A DNA stretch of 63,960 bases, filler included, from Reticulomyxa filosa (GCA_000512085.1; 21 parts of 21 records of this genome joined end to end with filler, not necessarily neighbours in it), one strand, 5' to 3'. Shown: positions 12,540 through 24,971, counted from the first letter of the whole stretch. The notes: a model not told the origin generated them from the letters alone. Program-made: numbers and translations.

Positions 12540-13745
12540 GATGATGAAATAATTTTAAAATAAAAACCTTTTTTTTTTATTTTGAAAGTTCAGACTTAAT
12601 TTAGAAATTTACAAAAAAAGAAATTTGATTCGTTTAAAGGAGAATTTTAAATGTTTTCATGCAACCTTTTCCATAAACACGAAATAATATTTAAAAAAAC
12701 TCTTATCGATTCCAAAAAAAAAGTTTTTACAAGTAAATAAAAAATTTTATGTTGAAAACGCTTGATTTTAAATTGATGTGATATTAAGCACAATTGTTTT
12801 GAAATTTTGTGTTTCCTTTCGACTTAGTCAATGTGTGAATTAAAAATACGAAAATAATTTATGATATAGTCTTACTATTAAATATTAAGAAGATAAAAAT
12901 AATATCATTCAATTGATAAAATTAAAAAAAATATTGTGAAAATGTAATTTAGAAAAAATTTAATTTCATTATTATTACTTTGCATTAAAAGAAATATCTT
13001 ATATTCAATTTTTTGTTTTCGTTGAAAAAATGACTTTACTTTGTAAAGTCATTTACTTCAATAAATTACGATTTACAATTAATTATTTTTTTCTTATCAT
13101 CATCTGTAAAATGAATCTATTAATTAAGTCACTTAATTTCTTGATATTGTCCACTATTTGCAATACAAAGTAATTTCATTAATGCTCTTGTTGTTGTATA
13201 TATGCGATTCCAGTTTAGTTATTCTTTACAAAAAACATTTCTGATACGGTATTTAAAAAAAAAACACAAATTTTGGAACGACGTGATAACTTGAATATTT
13301 GACTAGCAACGTATATGTATGAGAATTTTATGTGCAATTAGATTTATGCACATTGTTGAAATTTTTAATGTTTGTCAAAAGATAAAAAAAAAATCATATC
13401 GTTTATATTTCTTCATTCCATTTCTAAATAAGACATACATCATTGCTAGCTGATTGTCTCATCCCAAGAGCCCTATACAAACTTATTCAACTATTTCAAG
13501 TTAATTCATGAAAACATATCATTTATTAATTTATGAAATTTATATACTATTTTCAAAGTTTATATTGAAAACCTTTCTAAAAAAAAACTTGTGATATACA
13601 TGCATAAAAAATCACATGATTGTTAAAATCCATTTTTCATGTTCCCAAAAATATTTTTAAAAACTACCTTTCATTACCCTTGAGAAAAAAAAGCTCAATA
13701 TCTTCCATTTTACATCGTCAAAAACGATCTTAAACAAAAATCAAA

Positions 13746-14370
13746 ATGACAACTCTTAGTAATGAGAAACAAACTTCAACACAACTGGCATTGGTAAGCT
13801 TTATTACAAGTTTTCAGAAAGTTTATTGCCTTTTTAATTGTTTTATTAATTATATATAATTTTTGATTCAAACAGTCCGAAGAAGAAAAGGTTCAAATAG
13901 TCCTACAACATTGGATTCGAATGTTGCAAATCAAATTTGGATGGATTCATGAGTTTGATAAAATTGTTATCGATTATGTTAGTTCATTTACTCTTCCTTT
14001 TTTTAAAAAATATCAATCAAATGTTTATTTAACATAGATATCCATTATCTTCATGTTTGATACATTTTGCTCATCATCCAAACTAATCAATACATTCGCT
14101 GGACATACAAGTGATGTGTTTAGTATTGATTATTCAACATTTGATGATTGTCAATTCATTTGTTCTGGATCAGAGGATAATACAGTTCGTGTATGAGATG
14201 TTGATAACAACAAACAAATCCAATCATTCAATGGACATTCATCTATTGTAAATTATGTGAAATTTTCATCATATCATTATCATAATCATCGTCAAAATGT
14301 CATTTGTTCTTCATCAAAAGACAAAACCTATTTATTTTTGGGATTTCAAGCATAATCGATAATTTCAAGT
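13746..14370 (+). pseudogene. WD40-repeat family pseudogene
   Basis: MTTLSNEKQTSTQLAL|SEEEKVQIVLQHWIRMLQIKFGWIHEFDKIVIDY|...GHTSDVFSIDYSTFDDCQFICSGSEDNTVRV*DVDNNKQIQSFNGHSS... Premature TGA and a later frameshift. Confidence 0.85.
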
Positions 14371-14773
14371 ATTCGAAAATATAATAACTACCAAGAAAAG
14401 TGAACAGAAATAACTTTGTCAAAATTAAACTATCTTATATGTGTGTAATCTCCATTTCAATTTCATAAAAGAACAAAAATATTTTTGGAAAATCCTCAAA
14501 GCCATGAAAAATGTAAGGAAGAGAAAAATGCTTTTCTCTTACTTAAAATGATCAAAGTCCGAACTGAACGTCTTGTTTCTCAGTACAAGTGTATTCCGCT
14601 GAAACATTTCAGACGTTTGAATATTTTTTTTTTTCATAAGCAAGAATCAAGAAAAACATATATATTAATTCAATTTAAATTTTATTTCGAAAATCAAGTC
14701 TTGTTTGAATAGTTTGTTGTCAAAAGGTGTCATGTCATATCCACCTTTAAAAAACTTCAGCAACATTAACAAC

Positions 14774-16679
14774 ATGGATAATCAAACTACAACACAAAAA
14801 TCTCCTGAAGGACAAACTAATCAAACTGAACAAAGTCAACATGTTAATACTTCAACTTCCTTTCAACATTTGAAAGATTTGCCTACTCCACTTTCTGAAA
14901 GACAAGCCAAAGAAATCAACATCTTATTACTCCCTTTCAATATCTGAAGGCTTTGCCCATTCTACTTTCTCTCTCTCAATGTGTGCAATACAAACACGGA
15001 CTCCTCATTTGTGGAGGTAAAGATAAAAGCGTTTGTTATTCTTATCATACAATCAAAAACGAATATAAGTTTATCTGTGAGTATCCAAGTCATATTAAAG
15101 TAGAAAGTCACTGTGTAGTGAAACTGGTAGACAACAACAATGAAGTCACTTTGTTGTCTTTTGGTGGATTTTGTCAACATACATTGGTGATGAAATATGT
15201 AAGTGTTTGTGATGACATATCAAACAAATTAAATGAGTTAAATAATTACAATCAATGGATTCCTTTCACAGACAACCACAATCGTCCAATTAACATTGGA
15301 TCTTTGAATAGTACTTATATTGGAGCGCGTGCAGTGATTGGTGGAAGCAACAATCATTTGTTATTTATCACTCACCTTTATCGTGAGATCAGTGTGTTTA
15401 ATTTAAGTAAATTTAAATTTATTAAACACAATTTTTTACCAACTTATAATTATATTGAATATCATTGCTTTGTATCAAATTCAGAAAATGGGCAAGGACA
15501 AGAAAAGATTAAAACAAATAAAAAAAATTATCAAATGCTGTTGTTTTGTAAAAAGGCAGGATTATCAATTGAATATGATGAAGATAAAAACACTTTTCAA
15601 TTTCATCAATTATCTGTTTATGATGATATTGCATCATTATTTAAATATGCATATGTGCGTATAAACGATGCCATTTTGTTCTTTGGTGGATGTAATGCTA
15701 GTAGCTGTAATGCTTCAAAATTAATGCACAAATATTTAATTCGAGAAAACAAATGGATGCCATTTCAAAAAGCTTTGCCCGATCCATTGTTTGATTGTGC
15801 TGCAATATTGAGTGAAGATAATAATATACACATTATTGGAGGAAATATTGATACAAGTGTCACAGTATCAACTCACGTAAATACAAAAATGTGTCTATGT
15901 GATCCTTCACAGTTGGTAATAATTTGTTTATTTATTTATTTTTTTGGTGATCAAACAGAAATAAATTATATTACATAAACAATAAATAATTAACAACAAA
16001 TGAAATGAAATTTATTATCCAATATTAGATTCGAGTTTTAAAGATAAAATTAGGATGGATTGATGAATTTAATAAAATTGTTATTAACTATGTTAAGTAA
16101 TATTTATGTTTTTTTTATATAAATGATTGTTATTATATAATTTGCATTTTCAAATAGGTAAAAGGTTATCAATTATTAATGGACATGGCAAAGCAGTGAT
16201 CGGTGTAAGGTTTTCTGCAGATGGTCGCAAGATTGTTTCGGTATCATATGATCATACTGTCATCATCAGGTGATAAAATAATTAATCTGTGGAACGTAGA
16301 ATCCGGTGAAATATTGAAACAATTCAAAGAACATTCTCGTAGTGTAACACGTGCAAAATTTTCTCCAGATAGAAAATTTATTGTATCATGTTCATATGAT
16401 AATACAGTTCGAATATGGGATATTAAAACAGGAATAGAATTGAAAATATTTAAAGAACATACAGATTGTGTGGATGATATACAATATTTTCCAAATTGTC
16501 AAACGATTGTATCATGCTCAAGAGACAGAACAATTAAATTTTGGAATGTAGAATCAGGGGAGAGAACACAAACGTTGAAAAAAAACTCTGATGTGAAATG
16601 TGTGGATGTTTCTCAAAATGGGAATAAAATTATATCAGGCTCTAATGATTGTAAAATCGAAATCTGGGGATTATTATAA
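14774..16679 (+). pseudogene. Kelch-like beta-propeller + header linker + WD40 fusion gene, probably disrupted
   Basis: Kelch-type GG repeats (LLICGG, LLSFGG, ILFFGG, IHIIGG) at 14953-15915. After an intron, FIIQY*IRVLKIKLGWIDEFNKIVINY, then about 4 WD40 repeats (16221-16679). Small tandem duplication/frameshift near 14900-14955 and an in-frame TAG. Confidence 0.8.
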
Positions 16680-16869
16680 TCATAAAAGTAATAAAATTAT
16701 TTTTTTAAAAAAATGAATGACTTTGAAGTGGTTTTTTTTATTGTGTTCCTTTTGAATATAATTTTCTGAAGTTTATTTCAATCTTATCCACCAAAGAACA
16801 AGATTGTACCATTTATACACACACACACATGCATAATATTTGAATGGTGCAATTTCATTACAAACAGGT

Positions 16870-17030
16870 AGTTGATAAAATTGAAAAGTTTGTATCTTCA
16901 TCATATTTCATCATCTCTTGTCCTTGCACATTTTCTGGTTTTGATATAAAGTAATTATAATTAATAAAATCATTGGTTGGCAATATATCATGTTTAATAA
17001 ATTGAAATGTATTTAAATCAAACACGATAA
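16870..17030 (-). pseudogene. Kelch-family fragment cut by a Tc1 TIR insertion
   Basis: IVFDLNTFQFIKHDILPTNDFINYNYFISKPENVQGQE matches VFNLSKFKFIKHNFLPTYNYIEYHCFVSNSENGQGQE of the kelch ORF at 14953. Confidence 0.7.
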
Positions 17031-17032
17031 TA

Positions 17033-17170
17033 CAGTAGATTGCAAAAAAAAACTGCCATACCTAAATGGCACTATATGAAGAGAATCGATTTTCTCCATG
17101 AAAAATAAAGATTTAAACCTAAAAAAATATCTACTAATCTTGTAGTTTTTAAATAAGTTTTTTTTAAATG
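17033..17170 (+). mobile_element. Solo Tc1-like terminal inverted repeat
   Basis: TA|CAGTAGATTGCAAAAAAAAACTG...CATGAAAAAT...ATATCTACTAATCTTGTAGTTTT is the reverse-complement homologue of 25500-25627. It has a TA target site and a CAGT terminus. Confidence 0.8.
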
Positions 17171-17590
17171 ATTTTTAAAAATTTCGAAGGAGTTCATATA
17201 AATTCAACCTGTATTGAAAATAAGAAATTTTTAAATCTTTTAAAAAGAGATTAAAATGTTATTTGAATATATCATTAAAATGGTCAAAAGAAAATTTGTC
17301 AATATTGAAGATATGAGCGCTTAGGGATATAATAACAATTTTTATTGACATTTTTAAAATAGAATTATTGTCTGCTATCAAATAAAAAAGATAATTTTAT
17401 GCACACTCGAATATCTTTCTTCTTGTGATAATATCGACTAAAACATAGTTGGAATTATTTTGTTGTTACTGTAATCTCTACTAAACAATTTCAAATGCAT
17501 TATTGTCAAATCTCTTCTCTTTTTAAAATCTTGTTATCAATTATGTAAATCAATTTTTTTAAACGTTCAAATAAAGTCAACTTCATCATC

Positions 17591-17883
17591 ATGCTTGCAC
17601 AACTTCAACATACGTTCCCCAAGATGAATGAAGAGATCATTTCAGATGTATTGAAATGGTTTCAGCAAGATATTGAAAAGACAAATGATGTCTTAACATG
17701 GCTAACAGAGAACACGTAACAATACGTTTTATGTGATTTCATTTCTCTTTTTACTAACAAAACATTTAACAAATATTGCATATAGCACAAATTTGCAACA
17801 ACAAAATTATTTGATGAATTTATTCCAAAAATTTGGCAGTAAGCTCGAAAAAAAGACAATATCACAGACATGGAAAAATTACA
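17591..17883 (+). CDS. 5' part of a multicopy gene with a CUE-like N-terminal helical domain (truncated)
   Basis: MLAQLQHTFPKMNEEIISDVLKWFQQDIEKTNDVLTWL | intron 17716-17785 | TNLQQQNYLMNLFQKFG... Close paralogue at 60486-60849. Confidence 0.65.
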
Positions 17884-18695
17884 NNNNNNNNNNNNNNNNN
17901 NNNNNNNNNNNNNNNNNNNNNNNNNNNTTAATTAATTAANNNNNNNNNNNNNNNNNNNNNNNNNNNNNNNNNNNNNNNNNNNNTGCATTTTCTTTCATCA
18001 GATAAAATGCAGATACTAAAACGGCACTAGATTAATAAATTTTATTTTTCCAATTCGGTTTCAAAAGCAACACTCCACTAGTAGTGATGCTTTTTCCTCC
18101 TTTTGGAACATCCTACATTTTTTTATATTTTGTGTGATTGTTTAAAATAATTTGTTTTTATTGAAATAGATCTTTGTGCGAAAATGTACATGCGAAGACC
18201 CGGTGCATTCCTTCACTCACCACCAATAGTCGTCATTCTGGCTTCAAACAAAACTCGGTGAAATGGATTAATATACGCGCACAAATATTTGCCAAAAGCC
18301 AATCTATTGCCCTAACTCTTATGTGGAGAAACGGCTTCTCTTAAAAAAAACTTTGTTGAAGTTTCTATATTATTTATGTTGATCTCAAAATCTTCAATTT
18401 TATTTACTCACAAAATGAATAAAATTTCCCTTTTTACTCTATTATCGATCAGAGGCATAGTTAATCACGAGGAAAAACAATTTATATTTTTGGTTTTTTT
18501 ACTTTCCAAAAGTATGTTTAAAAAATTACTGTTTAGGTCATAACAACGCAGATTAAATTTTGTTTCTAAAGTAAGCTGTGCAAATAAGACAAAATAAAAT
18601 TTGAATATCACCCGTTCAAATTGAAATCAAATCAATTACACTGTGACATAAAAGAAGCAGATCAATAAAGGTGAAGAGGGAGGGAAACAAAATTT

Positions 18696-19528
18696 CTAAA
18701 AAAGAGTAGCCAAAATGTTATTCATTTGATCAGTAGATATTGTCTGTAGTTGTTTTTTGGTTTTTTCAGTCAAATCTTTAGGTATAATTACTTTATCTCC
18801 TTCTACCTTCCATTGTACATTGAATTGTTGAAGCAAAGGCTTTAGCTCTCCTTGACCCTACATATTTTAATTTTAAATTAGGTACAAATACACATTAATT
18901 AAGCTATTTATCATTGTTTTTTCTTTTTTTGGTGACATTAACTATCTGTAATAAATCACATAAAAATGCGGCGGGTATCGAGTGATAGGTCCAAGACACG
19001 GCAAGACAAATATATTTTCGAATGGATTGCTCAAAGTTCTTGCATTCTTGAAATGTGGATTTGGTTACTTCATATTCTTTCCAAAATCCAGAAAAGTCAC
19101 CTTCTTCTAAAAACCTTCCCATTTTCAACACTTTTTCCAATTCTTTGTTGCCTTGTTTCTATTGTCCGTTTGATTTTCATTGATTTATTTTTTGTGAATT
19201 TTCGCTTTTTCAAACGTGTACAAAAATAAATAAACAAAAATGAAATAATGCTTCAAACCATTTGTGGCATCGATATAAGATATACCAATAAGGCAAAATC
19301 AGAATTTGGCAAATTAGTTAAAGATGTGATGAGGATTTTGACAATTATTTCCATTTTAGAAGTGTTTGGAAACAATCAGTACATTTTCATAAGATAAAGA
19401 TTTGATGGAAAATCGTACTCGCCTTTTGTCGTTTGCTTGCTGACATGATCTTCCAAAGGACGGAGAGCTTCTTTGGTTGCTTCGAAGAGATTTTGTTCGA
19501 TGTGATATTCAATATCTTCACTTGCCAT
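18696..19528 (-). CDS. EIF3K: Eukaryotic translation initiation factor 3 subunit K (3 exons; one in-frame TGA)
   Basis: LEDHVSKQTTKGEYDFPSNLYLMKMY*LFP...ILITSLTNLPNSDFALLVYLI | LEEGDFSGFWKE...FEQSIRKYICLAVSWTYHSI | ...WKVEGDKVII: eIF3k motifs, with intact splice sites. Confidence 0.85.
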
Positions 19529-20141
19529 TGCTACAATAAAGAAAAGGAAAAAGGGAAATGGATAAAGAGTATTTTGTGATGAAAATTTCAAGTTTTAGTT
19601 GTTTCTTTCTGTTAAAACGAAATATTTCAAGTTTTTAAGATATGCATAACATTTGTGCTACAAACTCCAAAAGGTATATTTGGTTTTACTGAGTTTTTCA
19701 TTGTACAAGAAATTGGATAATGACTTAATTTTTCTTGGTGCTTTATTTATTTTTAAAAAGATCTAATTTAGTTTTAGCCGATATTTGTGTTTTTTTGTAA
19801 TGTTTTAATAGTTGAAATAGTCCAAGTTTATCTCTTTTTTTTTAAAAAAAAAATAATGTTATTTCAAGCACAATTAATTAAAGCAAAGAGGAAAATAAAA
19901 AATGAAAAAGAAAAGGAGACCATGATCAGTGTTAACGTCGGATTGAAGACGAGGAAGATGTCCACTAATGGGATCATTAACATTAGAATTGGTATCATTA
20001 TTATTGTTATTATTCTTAAAAAGTAACTTTCATTATGTTTGATTCCATTAAATTGGCTTGAATTACTTTAGAAAATTTCAACTTCACCAAAACAAATAAT
20101 TTTATTAACAAAAATCATAAACAAGCCAAACACAAAAAAAA

Positions 20142-23100
20142 TCAAAGTTTCCCACCACGTTGTTCTATAAGCAACTTTTGTTGCGACGTCAAACCATTTG
20201 TATCATTCCAAATACTCTCCTCCATTGACAGACCATAACTCTGAACACCTGCTTGCCAAATGCATTTCGTCAAATTAGGTCCACTTACACCAACTACTTT
20301 ATTCTCAGTATTCCATAAGCGAATTGTTCTATCTTCTGAGCATGAAACTATTTTTGAACCATCTGGTGATAATTTCATTGCATTAATTTTGCCGATATGC
20401 CCTTGGAATATTTGTATTTGTCGTCCTGAAGACACATCCCAGGTTCGGATAGTCCTATCATCGGAGTAAGAGATAACTTTAGAACAATCCGGCGTAAATT
20501 CCGCTTTTGATATAAATTCCGAATGACCTTCAAACACTTGAAGTTGTTTTCCAGACAAAACATTCCATAGTCGAATTGTTTTATCCCATGAATAGGACAG
20601 TATTTTGTTACTCTCTGATGTAAATTGCACTCCCATTACCCAATGTGAATGTCCTTTCAATAATAGGATTTGCTTTCCAGATGACATCTCCCAAAATCGA
20701 ATCGTGTTATCTTTGGCACAGGTTACAATTGTAGAATTATCTTGTGAAAATTGCATATCCGTTATATCTTCTTCATGTCCAGCAAATAGTTGGAGCTGCT
20801 GGCCACTAAATACATCGCATAAGCGAAGAGTTTTATCTGTAGACCAGTATGCAATTTTGGAATCATCTGGTGAAAATCGCGCTCCTGACATCCAAGAGGG
20901 TCGTCCATCAAATATATGAAGCTGTCTTCCTGACAATGTGTCCCATATTCGAACGTTTTATCATAGGAATATGATAAAACTTTTGATCCATCTGACGAAA
21001 ATTCGGCTCCGTTTACGATTTCGTGATGCCCTCTTAACACAATGAGTTGCTCTCCAGATGACACACTCCATATTCGAAGTGTTTGATCTGCAGAATAGGA
21101 CAAAACATTGGAACCATCTGGTGAAAATGTTACCCCACGCACAAAAAGATCATGTCCTTCAAACACTCGAATTTGCCTTCCTGTTCGTACATCCCATAAT
21201 CGAATCGTTTTATCAGATGAACATGACACAACTTTAGAGCCATCTGGTGAAAAGTACACTCCAGTGATACTAGATAGATGCCCTTCTGTTAGCTGAATTT
21301 TCCTTTCTACGGCAATATCCCATATTCGAATAGTTCCATCGCCCGAACATGACAAAATCTTAGAAACATTTGGAAAAAATTTCACTTCGCACACGATATT
21401 TGAATGTCCTTCTAATACTTGAAGCTGTTTTCCAGATGATAAATCCCATATTCGAATTGTTCGATCAGCTGAGCCAGACACAATTTTCAAATTGTCGAGT
21501 GAAAATTGTGCTGTAGTTACACCATGTGAATGTCCCTCCAGTATTTGAAGTTGTCTTCCGGACAACACGTCCCATAACCGAATTGTTTTATCTTCTGAAA
21601 ATGACAAGATTTTAGCTTCATCTGATATTAGTCGAATTCCATTTATGAAATGTTGATGTCCTTCAAATATCTGAATTTGTTGATATGAAGACATATCCCA
21701 CATTCGAATAGTTCGGTCCCATGAGTAGGACAGAAGTTGTAACCCATTGGATAAGAACTGTATTCCATTCACACCTAGTGTATGCCCTTCCAATATTTGA
21801 AGTTGTTTTCCAGACAACACATCCCATATTCGAATAGTCGTATCTCTTGAACATGACACAACTTTAGAGCCATCTGGTGAAAATTGCAATGCGGTAACCA
21901 TATTTAAATGCTTATCCAATAATTGAAGCTGTTTTCCAGAAGATACATCCCATATTCTGACAGTTTTGTCCTCTGAACATGACGCAATTTTAGAGCCATC
22001 TGGTGAAAATTGTATCGCCTTTACAATTTCGGAATGACCAGTCAACAATTGTATTTGTTGACCTGATGATACATCCCATATTCGAACAGTATCATCCCAT
22101 GAACATGACCCAATTTTAGAACCATCAGGAGAAAATTGCACTGAGGTGACAGAATTTGTGTGTCCACTCAATAAATGAATCTGTTTTCCTGACAATATAT
22201 CCCATATTCCGATGGTTGCATCGGCTGACCATGAAACGATTTTTGTTTCGTCTGGTGAAAATTGAATTCCATTTACACGATCTGAATGCCCTTTAAAATA
22301 TGCATATTCTCCAAAGTAAATTCCATTCATTGATGCATTCGTAAAGTTAGTTTTATTTAAAAAAGCTTGATAAAAACGAACATTATCCAAATTAGCATTA
22401 CTAAAGTTAGTTCCTTCAAGGAATGCGCGATCTAAAATTGCGTGAGGGATTTTGATATTGTCCCAATTTCGACAATGCATATTCACGTTTGCCGAATTAA
22501 GTATGGTAATAGCATTTGCTGCTGCCATACTAACATTCTCATTATTTTTCGATGCTTCGATAATTCTAAATAACCTTGATTTTAAATTTACATATATTGG
22601 ATTGATGTCATGAATTCTTTCTGCAATAAACTGAATAATTCCCAATTCTTCATTTAATAATTTGTAATTGATAAACAAGTGTTGAACGTGCATTTCAAAT
22701 TGCTGTTGAAATTGTTGATTATTAACATCAACGACATTAGGTTTCCATGAAATGATGTCAAATATTATCTTTTGTGCCGCATAATATTCTTGACAAGATT
22801 TATGTAAAAATTGATATTTATTTTTACCAATTCTTCTCAATACATATTTTGCAACACTGTCACTGTTGAAATATTTTTCCCAAATATCTTGTGTTTTTGC
22901 AATTGAAGATTGAACTTTTTGATTGATTGTTTTTATTTCTATTTTTTCATCTACAATACTTTTAGCTTCATCTTCTCCTATCATCGGATCTAATTTACTC
23001 CAAATTTCATGATTGTTGTCAGATTGAAATTCTGGTTCAATTACAACTTGAGTTCCTTGAATAAACATATCAAATCCCAAATCAAGACAATACTGTTTAA

Positions 23101-24871
23101 GTGTTGATTTTATTTTATTGGCACTTATTTGAATTCGTAATTCTAATAATTTTGATATTATATTTTGAATGTGAATATCAATCCAATGATCATTAAATAC
23201 TTCATATACTTGTGCTTTTGCGACATTTGCACCTGCACCATATTGTTGCGCTAATGATGGCAATATAGTTAAAATAAGTTGAAGAAGAAACGGTTCTTCT
23301 ACCATTTTTTGTAAATTTGGATAACTGTTCAATGTTTCTTCATATCTTTTTGGTGTCCAATCATTATTATCACTCTTTTTTTATGTTTTGATTTCATTTT
23401 TGCAAATTTTTCAATGTAGCTATACATTTGTTGTTTTGTAAATGGCCATAAATGCGTCATTTCTGTTATGTTTTGACTTTGATTTGAACCAATTAAAACT
23501 TGTTTAATATCTTCATCAGTTAGGACATGACTTCGACAGCTTACAATGAATTTTGCATTCCATTGCCCTAGATTAAATCGGTCATAAAAATATCTTTGAT
23601 TTTGATTATTTTTATTATATTTATCAAATATTTCATCAAATCCATCTAAGATAAAGATAAAAGAAATATTTTCACGAATGACATCAATGATATCTTTATG
23701 AATATGTTTAAGTTGTAAAGCTTGAGAAATGATTTGTTGTTCATGTAATGGATGATAACATTTTGGTAAAGAAATATAAATAGGAATAGATGTAATAAAA
23801 TGATTATGATATGATTCCCATAAATTTTCTTCTAAATAACGACAAAATAAACTTTTTCCTGATCCAGATTTTCCTTGTAATAAAATAACTTGTTTTTTAA
23901 TATTAGAATTAAATTCATTTTTATTTTCTTGTTCTTCTGTTAATAAATGATTTATATGTTGATAACAATCATATGTATTATTAATAATTTGATTATCGAT
24001 ATATGGATAGTGATTTGCCTGTAAAGGAATATATGTTTCAAGTGCTTGTAATATAGTATTATCTTCTTGTATTTCTTGGTTCATAGATTTTTTAAGTAAT
24101 GATATAATATCAATAATACATGCAGGGTTACCTTCACCAATAATATACTTTTTAAAAAAATCAAATAAAATGACATAAATAGCTTGTCCTTTCATTTTTA
24201 AAGGTTTAAAATTACAAAGTTGATCGTAAACAAATTTAATTAATTTGAATGATATATTATTTATATCTTCTTTTTCATTTATATTACTTAATTGTGAAGG
24301 TTTTAATATTTTAATTTCTGAATGTGATTTGTAACGATTAGAAATTTTTTTTTATTTCTTTTTCATCTATCCATTCACAAATAATATCATTAATTTTTGT
24401 TAATGTTTGATAACTTGCTTGTTTAAATAATTCTTCTTTTTCTTCTTCTAATTTCCATAATCTAATATGTTCATAAAATAAATGGCTTAATTTTGGATTT
24501 TCTATTATAGTATATCCTTCTAATGTTGTATAATTTTTTAATGTTGCTTGCATTTCAATATATACATCATATTTAGAAACATATAATTTAATATTATGAA
24601 AACGATGATGTGTTTTTGATTGTTTATTAAAAAAATCTTTATCTTCTGATACTATTAAATTAAATTTTTCTGCTTTCTTTATTACTGCTACTACTGTTTG
24701 TAATTTAATTGAATTATCACATAAAATAGTAAATCTTCCTATGTCAAATATTTCATTATAATTACCATTATAATCTGATTTTATTTTTTCTAATAATCTT
24801 TCATTTCCTTTTAAATTAGGTGGTTTTACAACTGTTATTTCATATTTTTGTAATTCTATTATTAAATTCTT
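20142..24871 (-). CDS. NLR-like STAND protein copy A: RelA/SpoT-like domain - NACHT - pentapeptide - 16x WD40 (5'-truncated; 3 apparent frameshifts)
   Basis: Joins ORFs 24338-24871, 23329-24195, 20762-23332 and 20142-20936. Walker A GKSGSGKS, Walker B FILDGFDE, FLHKSCQEYYAA, pentapeptides (AFLEG TNFSN ANLDN), 16 repeats of ~42 aa, and a C-terminal GLTSQQKLLIEQRGG tail. Confidence 0.9.
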
Positions 24872-24971
24872 NNNNNNNNNNNNNNNNNNNNNNNNNNNNN
24901 NNNNNNNNNNNNNNNTTAATTAATTAANNNNNNNNNNNNNNNNNNNNNNNNNNNNNNNNNNNNNNNNNNNN

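Noticed and set aside
19376-19378. Alternative genetic code (TGA read as sense)
   Set aside because: Single instance. TGG is used throughout, TGA terminates other ORFs, and long ORFs lack internal TGA.
20260-21296. Antisense ORFs with RIVLSSEH repeats (also at 40658-41500)
   Set aside because: Opposite-strand shadows of WD40 repeats.
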